Assembly: GCA_037443825.1 (NCBI GenBank)
Contig: JBBINP010000002.1
Span: forward strand, 1 to 46,683
DNA from: Candidatus Moraniibacteriota bacterium
Lineage (GTDB): Bacteria; Patescibacteriota; Minisyncoccia; Moranbacterales; JBBINP01
Direction: 5' to 3'
DNA: 46,683 nt
The translations under genes and the position numbers were made by a program. Below are positions 1 through 9,800 of this stretch, in pieces; within the stretch, counting starts at the first letter, position 1; the number at the start of each line of letters is the position of its first letter. Below the pieces are notes generated by a model. It did not search any database. It was not told the DNA's origin and saw nothing but the letters and a program-made list of their open reading frames with translations.

Positions 1-93
1 TCCACCGTCGGGGTCAACGAAAAAATGATCAAAGAATACATCGAACAGCAAGGACAAGAGGACACTGGACAAGCGAAGCTTGCACTCGGATAA
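1..93 (+). mobile_element. tnpA: 3' end of an IS200/IS605-family (Y1/HUH) transposase gene, truncated by the window edge
   Basis: Frame-1 translation is STVGVNEKMIKEYIEQQGQEDTGQAKLALG*, with TAA at 91-93. It resembles the conserved C-terminal tail of IS200-type TnpA (STVG.[DN]E..I..YI..Q..ED....L.L). This is recalled, not searched. Confidence 0.55.
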
Positions 94-529
94 GAAAAAC
101 CCCGAGCGTAAGCTCGGGGATATTTATAAAGAAAGAGACGAATTATATGCTATTGATGCATTGGATGACGCTGGCTTATACGAAATACAGCGCAACCATG
201 AAGATTTAAAAAATGAAATAGAGTATGATGTTGAATATTCTGGTGATGGAAAAGAAAAAACAGAATACGATCAGGATTCTATAATTTATTGGAGAGATGA
301 AAATCAAAATGCTTTAACAGTAATAACAAGAATCCCTCACGATGCATGTAGGAGTAGTAATGGTGGAGATTATGAGGAGCGGTCCACTTATTATATTTAT
401 GGTAATAATACAATTGTGAAATTTATTTCATCTTCATGTGAATATGTAGACAGGCGATATATCAATAATTTTAGGTGTAGTCCTGAAAAATTTAGAGAAA
501 TTGCTAATGAAATTATAAATAACTATTGA
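80..529 (+). CDS. hypothetical protein; start uncertain
   Basis: Open frame of 149 codons with no internal ATG. The listed start is TTG, overlaps the tnpA stop and runs through the 100-119 hairpin, so the real 5' end is probably further downstream. No family motif recognised. Confidence 0.3.
   Translation: MHSDKKNPERKLGDIYKERDELYAIDALDDAGLYEIQRNHEDLKNEIEYDVEYSGDGKEKTEYDQDSIIYWRDENQNALTVITRIPHDACRSSNGGDYEERSTYYIYGNNTIVKFISSSCEYVDRRYINNFRCSPEKFREIANEIINNY
100..119 (+). other. GC-rich stem-loop directly after the tnpA stop: either a terminator or an IS200/IS605 right-end subterminal hairpin
   Basis: CCCCGAGC (100-107), GTAA loop, GCTCGGGG (112-119): a perfect 8-bp stem in an AT-rich context. 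The downstream T-tract is weak (ATATTTAT). Confidence 0.45.
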
Positions 530-579
530 TGTTTAAAATCACGGTTAATTTCAATGACCGCGCTTTTTAAAAGAAATTT

Positions 580-852
580 ATGTATCTGGACATCAAAAGG
601 GAGTTTCAAAAAGAAATCAAAAATCTGAGCGACGAAGAAAAAGAAAAGATGGATATGCATGATTTGGAAAGAAAGGTGGACAAATTGCAAGATAACGTCA
701 AAGAAACCGAGAAGGCGATAGAAGAGGTCAATAACTGCATGAAAAACGTAAAAAGCTGTTTTGACGGAGATTTTGGAAAATTTGAATCTCTAAAAAAAGA
801 GGTGGAAAAGTATGTTTATGAAAAAATACGCGATAAATTAAGATTCAATTAA
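580..852 (+). CDS. hypothetical small coiled-coil protein
   Basis: ATG-initiated 90-aa ORF. It is rich in Lys/Glu with a heptad-like pattern (KEIKNLSDEEKEKMDMHDLERKVDKLQDNVKETEKAIEE). No family recognised. Confidence 0.4.
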   Translation: MYLDIKREFQKEIKNLSDEEKEKMDMHDLERKVDKLQDNVKETEKAIEEVNNCMKNVKSCFDGDFGKFESLKKEVEKYVYEKIRDKLRFN

Positions 853-864
853 ACATTCGTAAAA

Positions 865-2712
865 ATGACCGCCCAGGAACTGCGGAAAAAATTTTTAGAT
901 TTTTTCAAAAGCAAAGGACACGCGATCATTCCTTCGGCTTCTTTGGTGCCGCGCGAAACAGATTCCTCGGCGCTTTTTACGACAGCCGGCATGCATCCGT
1001 TAGTGCCATATCTTTTGGGAGAAGATCATCCCGGCGGCAAACGCGTCGCTAATGTCCAAAAATGCGTCCGAACGGGCGATATTGAAGAAGTGGGGGATAA
1101 CCGGCACCTGACATTTTTTGAAATGCTGGGCAATTGGAGTTTTGGCGATTATTTTAAGCGTGAAGCGATTGAATGGAGTTTTGAATTTTTAACCGATCCC
1201 AAATGGCTTAATTTGGATAAAAAACGTTTATACGTGACTGTTTTTAAAGGCGAGGGAGGAATTCCCCGCGATAATGAAGCGATACAAATTTGGCAGGATG
1301 TTTTTTCCAAAGCCGGAATGAAAGCGGATGTGGCAGGTGAAGATGAAATTGTCAGAAACGATATCAGAATAATTCCGCTGGGAATTGACGATAATTTCTG
1401 GATTGCCGGAGCAAGCGGTCCGTGTGGAGGTGATACAGAAATGTTTTATGATGTCCGTCCGCAAGAAGGTAAAATCAGCGGAACTTTTCAGGATTTGGTG
1501 AAATCCGGACGGATTATTGAAGTTTGGAACGATGTTTTTATGGAATTTGAAAAAAAACCGGACGGGACATTGGAAAAACTTAAACAACAAAACGTGGACA
1601 CCGGCATGGGCGTGGAAAGGACGTTGGCGGTGCTGAATGCCAAGGAAACGGTTTTTGAAACTGAGTTGTTTGAAAACTTGTTTCATGGAATTTTCTTGCT
1701 GATGCCGCAAAATCAAAAACAGCGCCATGATTTAAGCGAAAAAGAAAAGCGTTCGGCCAGAATTATCGCCGATCATATCCGGGCGAGTGTTTTTATGATT
1801 ACTGACGGAGTTGAACCGTCAAATATCCAAAGGGGTTATGTTTTGCGGCGTATTATCAGGCGGTTGATTCGCCATGGGAAAATACTGGGAATTAATGAAA
1901 ATTTCACAAAATCACTGGCGCGGGCGGTTATTGAAAAATTTTGTGATTTTTACGCTGAATTAAAAAATAATCAGGAAAAAATTTTTTCCGAGCTGGAAAA
2001 AGAAGAAAAAAAATTCCGCGAAACACTGGAAAAGGGTCTTAAGGAGTTTGAAAAAATAGCCGCCGAAAACATTTCCGGAACCGGCGCTTTTAATTTGTAT
2101 CAAACATACGGCTTTCCTTTTGAAATGACCCGGGAATTGGCGATGGAGCGGGGGATTGCTGTTGATGAAAAGGGATTTCAGGAAGAATTGCGAAAACATC
2201 AGGAATTGTCGCGCACATCTTCTTCCGGGATGTTCAAGGGCGGTTTGCAGTCGCAGGATGAAAATACCGCCCGCTTGCACACCGCCACGCATCTTTTGCA
2301 AGCGGCTCTCCGCGAAGTGCTGGGACCGCATGTTTTTCAAAAGGGATCCAACATAACTCCGGAACGGTTGCGTTTTGATTTTGCGCACCATGAAAAAATG
2401 ACGGCGGAGCAAATCCAAAAAGTCCAGGATCTGGTTAATGGGAAGATACGGGAAAACATACCGGTTGTTTGCGAAGAAATGACGCCGGAAGAAGCGAAAA
2501 AATCTAAAGCAATCGGAATTTTTGAATCAAAATATCTTGCTTATCAGCAGGCGGATCAAAATAAAATAAAAGTTTATTCAGCCGGTTCTTTCAGCCGGGA
2601 AATTTGCGGGGGCCCGCATGCCAAATCCACGGGCGAGTTGGGGCATTTTAAAATTACCAAAGAAGAAGCATCCTCCGCCGGCGTGCGGAGAATCAAAGCG
2701 ATTCTGGAATAA
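865..2712 (+). CDS. alaS: alanine--tRNA ligase, compact 615-aa form
   Basis: Class II AlaRS core motifs are present: FTTAGMHP, KCVRTGDIEEVGDNRHLTFFEMLGNWSFGDYFK, DTGMGVER. The editing-site zinc motifs HTATHLL (HxxxH) and CGGPH (CxxxH) are also present. The protein ends about 30 aa after CGGPH. Confidence 0.93.
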   Translation: MTAQELRKKFLDFFKSKGHAIIPSASLVPRETDSSALFTTAGMHPLVPYLLGEDHPGGKRVANVQKCVRTGDIEEVGDNRHLTFFEMLGNWSFGDYFKREAIEWSFEFLTDPKWLNLDKKRLYVTVFKGEGGIPRDNEAIQIWQDVFSKAGMKADVAGEDEIVRNDIRIIPLGIDDNFWIAGASGPCGGDTEMFYDVRPQEGKISGTFQDLVKSGRIIEVWNDVFMEFEKKPDGTLEKLKQQNVDTGMGVERTLAVLNAKETVFETELFENLFHGIFLLMPQNQKQRHDLSEKEKRSARIIADHIRASVFMITDGVEPSNIQRGYVLRRIIRRLIRHGKILGINENFTKSLARAVIEKFCDFYAELKNNQEKIFSELEKEEKKFRETLEKGLKEFEKIAAENISGTGAFNLYQTYGFPFEMTRELAMERGIAVDEKGFQEELRKHQELSRTSSSGMFKGGLQSQDENTARLHTATHLLQAALREVLGPHVFQKGSNITPERLRFDFAHHEKMTAEQIQKVQDLVNGKIRENIPVVCEEMTPEEAKKSKAIGIFESKYLAYQQADQNKIKVYSAGSFSREICGGPHAKSTGELGHFKITKEEASSAGVRRIKAILE

Positions 2713-2715
2713 ATT

Positions 2716-3216
2716 TTATGCGGTGTCAGAATGTTTTTTGCTTGCCTTGTTAAGATAATAAAGATAAAAAGAATATATTATAAATCCGTTAATAAGCACG
2801 GATTGGACAAACCAAACATATTGATCGCATCCGTCAAATTTTTTCCAGGCCAATACGGCCAGCAGTGTGTAAAACGCTTCCCAAAACCAGCGCTTTTTTC
2901 TTGTTTTTTCAAATTCATAAGCCAAATTAAAAATTAAAAGAAAAACATAAGCCGCCAGAAGCACGACCCACCAGCTTTCCGGCAAACTGCGGCAGACGGC
3001 ATTTTTTTCAGTCATGGCGGCTTCTGTATCAATGCGGGGTTTGGAATTTAAAAAAGGGGAATTGGGAGACAAGTCCTCTTTTTTTATTTCAAAACGGATT
3101 ATTTCATCTTTTTCGCCGGCTAAAACAACGTTCGCAGAAAACAGACAAACAAAAACAAGCGCGATAAAAACCGCTTTTCGCGCCAATACTTTCTGAAAAT
3201 AATTCTTTTTTCGCAT
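2716..3216 (-). CDS. hypothetical polytopic membrane protein, last gene of the sortase operon
   Basis: An N-terminal hydrophobic segment (AVFIALVFVCLFSANVVLA) is followed by three further hydrophobic helices. I chose the ATG at 3216; the ORF-track start at 3237 is TTG and overlaps the sortase stop. Confidence 0.55.
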   Translation of the reverse strand: MRKKNYFQKVLARKAVFIALVFVCLFSANVVLAGEKDEIIRFEIKKEDLSPNSPFLNSKPRIDTEAAMTEKNAVCRSLPESWWVVLLAAYVFLLIFNLAYEFEKTRKKRWFWEAFYTLLAVLAWKKFDGCDQYVWFVQSVLINGFIIYSFYLYYLNKASKKHSDTA

Positions 3217-3226
3217 AATTTTATGT

Positions 3227-3877
3227 TTAACCGGCAATCACGGCAATTCTTTTCAGGGTCGTGCCCGGAGGCCAGCAGGTCATAAGAATAAGACGCGGAT
3301 TTTCAGACGGGTTGTTGTATGTCAATTCATTGGGACTGGCAATTTTTTTTTCCAAAACGCGATAGGCGCTTTTTTTGCCTTTATAATAAACAAATACTTC
3401 ATCGCCGATTTCCAGTTTATTGAGCAGATAAAAAACAGCGTTAAACCGCAAAGCTTCTTTAAAATTGGCGCCGGAATGGGCGAAAAGAAAAACATCGCCC
3501 ATTTCACCCGGATAAGCGCTGCCTTTGGCATGCGCTATTCCTTCAGCCAATTTTTTTTGATATTCCGCGGCATCATTTGTGTTGACATCCGGAATCACTT
3601 TTGAGTTTATGCCGATTTTGGGAATAATAACGGAAAAATTTTCATCCGCCGGAGCATCTTGTTTTTTCGCGTCGCTGTTTTCATTGGCGGCGGCGCGCGT
3701 TTCACTTTGCAATTTGTTTTTGTTGATTTGATAGTTTAATTCTATTTTGATTATCGGAAAATATATCACAGCCAGCAAAATCAAAGCAAGCAGGATAAAA
3801 ACAATCCCAACAATCGTTAAAGGCGGGTTTTTTTTAAGCGACTCCGCTTGTTCTTTTTTTGGTCCGATAATAGGCAT
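3227..3877 (-). CDS. sortase-family transpeptidase with an N-terminal membrane anchor
   Basis: TM anchor LTIVGIVFILLALILLAVIYF. Catalytic His context FLFAHSG. Cys in LILMTCWPPG (TLxTC-like). Downstream Arg (TLKRIAV). The ATG at 3877 overlaps the 3' end of the giant ORF by 44 nt. Confidence 0.8.
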   Translation of the reverse strand: MPIIGPKKEQAESLKKNPPLTIVGIVFILLALILLAVIYFPIIKIELNYQINKNKLQSETRAAANENSDAKKQDAPADENFSVIIPKIGINSKVIPDVNTNDAAEYQKKLAEGIAHAKGSAYPGEMGDVFLFAHSGANFKEALRFNAVFYLLNKLEIGDEVFVYYKGKKSAYRVLEKKIASPNELTYNNPSENPRLILMTCWPPGTTLKRIAVIAG

Positions 3878-6800
3878 AAAAAAGCGTTCCCAAAACAACA
3901 AGGAAGATTATCCACGAAAGGGTTTTTCTGAAAAAAGATTTTTCAGCGGCGGCGGTTTCTTCCCCCAGGATTTCAGTTTCGGCCTTCTCCGCTTCTTTTT
4001 GTTGTTCATTTGCGGTTTCGCCGGATACTTCGCCGGTTGTTTCTCCTCCTGCGGCAGTTTCTCCGCCAGTAGTTGCGGCTGGAATAATTGCTCCGGGAAC
4101 GGTATTAATAACGGTCTTTGTTCGCGTTCTGGTGCGAGTTTTTTCCTTGATGTCGCCCACGACTTCCGATCCGTTGCCAAGAGCGTCAAAAGCGCGTATG
4201 GCGTAAAAATAATCTTCATTGCAATCCGGAACAATATCAGTAAAATTTCCGTCTTGTCCGGGACCAATGGCCAGATCGGCGACCCTGGTTGAATTATCGG
4301 CCGTAAAATCCGTTTCGGTTGAGCGATAAAGCTCAACAACAGCGGTAACTCCGTCATTGGCGGTGCGGAATGATATTTTCTTTTCGCAATTATTGATATT
4401 GTCGCGGTCGTAATTCAAAGGCGTTCCCGGAAGTCCGGTTTTAAGTTCAACGATCGCTAAATCGGAATTAATTTCATCTATTCCTGACTGAATTTTTACA
4501 AAGAATTTATAAACCCCGTCTGTCGGCATGACGGAAGAATCAATAACACAATTTCCCGAATTGCCCCCGTTTTTAGGAGCAAATTCCGTGCCGACAGCCG
4601 CATCCGGCACGCCTTCTTTGTAGCATTGAGCGGTAACCAGACGTCCGTCAATATCCAGCGCCACAAAACCAATTTTAAAATCAGTATTTTTGGTCGGACT
4701 TTCCGGTATTCCTATTTTTACGGACAACGCGGAAGTGGCGGCCAGGGTTTTGTTTGCGGCAAAGATTAATCCGGCAGTGATGGCAAAAAACACCATTATT
4801 TTTGCCAAATAAGATCCTTTTTTGGTCTTTGTGTTTTTTCCGAAATAGACGAAAAGTAATCCGGTTGCCAGCAAGACAAAAGCCAGAATGGACCAGGAAG
4901 TTTCCGTTCCGGTAGCGGCGCCCAGCACTTGTTTTATGACAGTTTTGGTTTTAGTCTTGGTTTTTGTATCAGTTTCCAGCGCTACATTAATTGGATTTTC
5001 AGCATCAACAACTACCGCGACTTTTGTGCCGACAAACGGATCTTCGTCATTGGCCAAAATATCATCGGCGCCGATATCCGAAGACCCCCGCGCCCAAGCC
5101 ATATCATTGTAGTCACCCGGGCTTTGCAAACCACCGATTCTGGCAGTATAGGTGATACTTACCGTTTGCCCGGCGGCTATATCGCCCAAATTCCAGACAC
5201 CGGGTGAAGCGTATGGCGTTTGCAGAAATCCCTGATCGGCGCTTCCGGTTACAAATTCAAATCCATTCGGCGGCAAATCAGTAACCAAAACATTTTTAAC
5301 TTTATTTTTAAGCGCCTTTACTTTAATGGTGTAATTGACCGTGGTTCCCGGCGCTTGCGGTCCGACGCTGTCGTTGGATTTTTCAATAAGAAGTTCGGGA
5401 GTAATGAAAGTATTGGTGAAAGTGCAAGTAATGATTTCGCCGGCGCTTAAATCTATGGTTTTCGGCTGAACAGCGTTTTCTTCTTCCTCAATGACAGAAA
5501 TAAAGGATCTGTTTGTAATATCATTTTCCGGAACATTATCCGCGCACCATTGTTCGCCAATTTTAGATATTGGATGACCGTTTTTATCAGTCGGACCTGT
5601 GTAGAGAAAATCATCAATGTGATTATTGTGAACATGATTATTGACTGGAACACTGATCGCGTTCCATGGATGAATGTCGGATTTTGTTCTATGACAAAGA
5701 TTGGTTCTTTCTGTCGGCGAATCCGGTTTTTGTGAAACGCAATCAATGCCTGTTAAATCCCAGCCATCAACTGGCTCTTCAAAGATGGTGTATGTTCCGG
5801 GTTGCAGTTCTTGGTTATTGGGATCGTCCCCGTCTTTTAAACTGAAATTATTATAGCCGTTTCCGGTTACGGTAAAGTCAAAAAACTGACCGTTTTCGGA
5901 TGGATCAGTTACTTTGTCCACGATAATTCTTCCGCTTTTCGTATTGGTGAAAACGCAGGTGGTTGTTTCTCCCGGCAAAACCTCAATGGCGTCGATGTCG
6001 CCTTTGTCGCAGCTTGCGCTCGCCAATTTCCAGCCAACAAGCTCTGTTTCGGAAACCGCGTATTCGCTTCCGGCAGGAACATTGCTAAATGTTTGGCTGC
6101 CCATTCCATCAGAAGTTTTTAGATTAAAAGAAGCGGGAAGATTTTTTCCTGTTGCGGAAAATTCAAAAGTATCATCTCCTCCGGTGGTGTTTTTTTCTAT
6201 AACAATTGAGCCGCGCTGGGTGTTGGTGAAAGTGCAGGTGATTGTCTCTCCCGGATTAAGATTAAGATTACCTGGATCAAGATTAAGCGTTTCGGCGGAC
6301 TCTGTGTTGCCCAAACTGCTGATACAATTTGTATTGGTTAAATCCCAGTCATCAGACATATTAACTTCAGACACGGAATACTTTCCTGGCAACAGATATC
6401 CGCTGTTATTTGTTCCTCCGTCAGTGAGGAAAAAATTATTTCCATAACTGGGATTAAATTCAAAACTCTGCTCGCTTTCCGGCGATGTTTGCTTTTCAAC
6501 AATAATCTCGCCAAGTTGGGTGTTTATGAAAGTATATGCATAATTACTTCCACTGGCGGCTTCGCCGAAATCATGAGTGGCATCAGTTCTGGCTGACCAT
6601 TTCGTTGGGACATCCTCGGAAACGCCGTAGGAATGATTAGGTCCGAGATCTTCCCAGGTGTAGCATCCATCCTGTTCTGTTGTCTCCTGTGTATCCGTTA
6701 TTTCTCCGTCGGTCAAAAGGTTCACTGTCCAGCCGGATCGGGGCGCTTGATCTTCCAGAGTTTCTATGTTGCCATCAGCATCAATCACTTTGCAAGCCAT

Positions 6801-9800
6801 GACACTTACGTTTTCAAAGTTGGTGAAGTTGTTATCTTTGCTGTCAGCGCCCGGTTCGATTGTTACGTTGTGAAATAGTGAGGATAAATTTGTCCACCCG
6901 CTTTGAAGCACTTCTTTAACTTTGTAAAATCCAGTTATTAAATTGTTGAAACTGTAATAACCGTTTTCATCGGTTTGGGTGGAGGTTGAAGACTTGCATC
7001 CGGCAAAATTGGGGGCGGGGCAGGAGAAAAGATTAATAGTCCACCCGGAAAGGCCGGTTTGGCCGTCAGCGCCAAACTTGTAGCCGGAAATTGAGCCGGG
7101 ATTCTGTTTGTTGACTATCGTGATTGTTGCTTGGCCGTTGGAACCGACGGTTTTTGGCCCGTCGTTGCTAACCAGCGTGTATTTATCCTCAACTTTTTCA
7201 ACCGCTTCATATGTTCCGGGAGCGACTAAAAATACCGCCGGATTTCCCTCCGCGAAATTTTTCTTCTCATTATTCAGGGTAACTAAGAAAGGATAATCAT
7301 CTGAAACTTGAGTTTCTCCGTCCGATTTAACAACATCCTTAACGACATTTATCGTCGCGTTTTTCTGCTTGTTTTTGCAAGTAACTGAAAACTGCTCATT
7401 GCTTTTTATAGTGAAATTAGCGGCGTCCGCGCCTGTCGGCAGTTTGCAGCCCATCTCGTCATAGTCCTGATCATCTAATTCGCTCACGGTAAACAAACCC
7501 GGATTAACATCAAAAGTTGCCGGATTGTTTTCGCTAATACTTTCGTTATTGCCTTCATTTAATTGGATCGTGAAGGGATGATTATCGGAAACATCTGTTG
7601 TTCCGTCGGGCGCGACCACGTCTTTGGAAACTTCTATGCGGGCTTTTTTCTGCTTGTTCGTTACATTGACGGTTTGCTGTTCGCCGGGACCAACGATAAC
7701 TTGCGCTCCGTCGGCCTGATAGTCCTCGTCGGGAGTAATACTTACCAGTTCATAATCGGGATCTGAGTTCTCGGACACAGTATAAATACCCGGAGCGACA
7801 GTAAACACCTCATTTTTTCCCTCGCCGACTTTGCCGGATTGATCTCCCACGTTCACGGTAAATTCATGATCGTCGCTTACTTCTCCGCCATCGGGATTGA
7901 GAACATCTTTGATTACTGTTATCGTCGCGTTTTGCTGGCGGTTCACCACGTAAACGTTTGTCGTCTGGCCGGCAGCGACTGAAATTTGAGCGCCAGGCGC
8001 GTTGGGATCAATATCAGGCGTAATACTGAAAAGAGAATAGCCGGCTGGCGGAGTGTCTTCTGAAATGGTGTGCGTTCCGGCTCTGACATTATTGTAAGTT
8101 ACCGTGCCGTTGTCCGTTATAGTTCTCGCGTCGCTATTGTCTAATTTGATTGTGAAATTTTTAGAGGTGTCATTTACCGGATTGCCGTTAGGATCTTGCA
8201 CGTCTTTGTGGACAACGATTGTTCCTGTTTTAAGAGTGTTGGTAAAAACGCAAATTACTAAATCAGACTTGTCGATTGAAATTTCACTGATTGTCGTGCC
8301 GCTGCCAGATAGATAAGCGCTCCCATTTTTAATACAGGAGTATGCCGTCGTGTAATCTCCGGAATTTGTATTCGCTCCGGCGGTTTCGGTTATGGAATAA
8401 CCGCTTCCCGAGTCAATGGCTCTAATTCCGGTAGTGTCATCTCCGGTCAACGCATCATTAAAAGAACTTGGACCGGTTACTGTAATATTCCAATTGGTAT
8501 TCGGATCATCAGGGGAAACATTTTTTACAACCTCCAAATTGCCTTTCTTCGCGCTGATCACCACGCAATCTGACGGATCGGAATTTGGCTGAGCAGAGGG
8601 ATACGAACAAATATCTAATAAATTGGCTTTACTGACTCCTCCTACGTCAGCAAGATCTATCGTGCATCCAGCCACGGCATCATAAGGATATGAATCGCCG
8701 GAGGAAAAAGGATCTTCTGATAGCACATCTACTCCGCAACTGCTTCCGTAATTAATTGAAACAGCCGAAGCTCCGGCACAGCGGTCGGTCCGAGTATTAT
8801 TGCACCTATATAGCACCGGACTGCCGGTGATCTGTTGCGCGTCTAGTTTCCATGTAACGCACAATGAATAATCGGCATAGCCGTATCCGGTGCTGCCTAT
8901 GGAGTCGGTATCAAATAATGCGCAGGCATCGGCGGAATTGTTGCCCGTACGAGAGATTATGTCCCAATTCCATTTTATATTCAGAGGATTGTTAAATGCC
9001 TGCTCGCGGCATAATCTCGTCAGGTCTTTTTGTTCCGGTTCGTCATTGGCTCCATCAGAATCATTAAGACACTCCGGTGTTGTAAAAGTAAGCGCTCCCC
9101 GAATAACTATATCGTCTATTCTGTTTGTTCCCGAGCTTCCTACGGAACCACCACCAGCAGATATATCTGATGTCATAATCCAACGCAGATATACGGAGTC
9201 TTTATTATCCATTTCTGAAGGAAGAGTTAAATTTGAAACGGTCCCGCTTGCAAAACTATCATTTAGCACAGTAACGTTTCCTCCTGAAACATCCGTCCAC
9301 GACGACCCGCCAAGACTGTATTGAACCTTGAAATTTTTTGGTCCAGTATCCGAACTTTTTTGTTTTGAATAAAGTTTTAGGTTATTAAATCCTTTGGAGG
9401 ATAATTCAACTTGCCAGTATTTTATGCCGGAGCCGTTATCCCAATTATTAGCCGACGCGGAGCTGGTTGTTGCTCCTGATGTGTTGAAAGACAAATTACT
9501 GGCGCCCACCACTGTAATTGTTTTTGCCAAATTGGCCGGCGTTCCTCCGTCAGCAATCGCATTGTCTGGATTATTGGGAAAATTCCAAACGACTAAAAAT
9601 ATTGTAAAATGATCCAGCTTCTCAATTTTCACTAAATCATCATCCTTTTTTACCTTGTCATTCTCAATCTCCTTTAAGTCCGATTTTAATAAATTATTTT
9701 CTATTGCCTCCGATGCTGATTTTTCAATATAAGAAATTTGCGCATTAATATTTTCTGTTTTGGGAAGTGTCAAATCATACTTAAAATCACCGTTTTTCAT

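Noticed and set aside
1228-2418. Antisense ORFs inside alaS (1228-1728, 1960-2418) and similar antisense ORFs inside gltX, iscS, ugd, recJ and the acyl-CoA synthetase gene.
   Set aside because: All lie opposite strongly conserved coding frames and have biased, motif-free translations, so they are shadow ORFs.
4925-4975. A short nucleotide periodicity encodes the KTKTKTKT stretch, with a similar RT repeat at about 4110-4142. I considered it as a possible microsatellite or CRISPR-like repeat.
   Set aside because: There are only 4-5 dipeptide units inside a coding frame, with no spacer/repeat architecture. It is treated as a peptide linker feature of the sorting cassettes.
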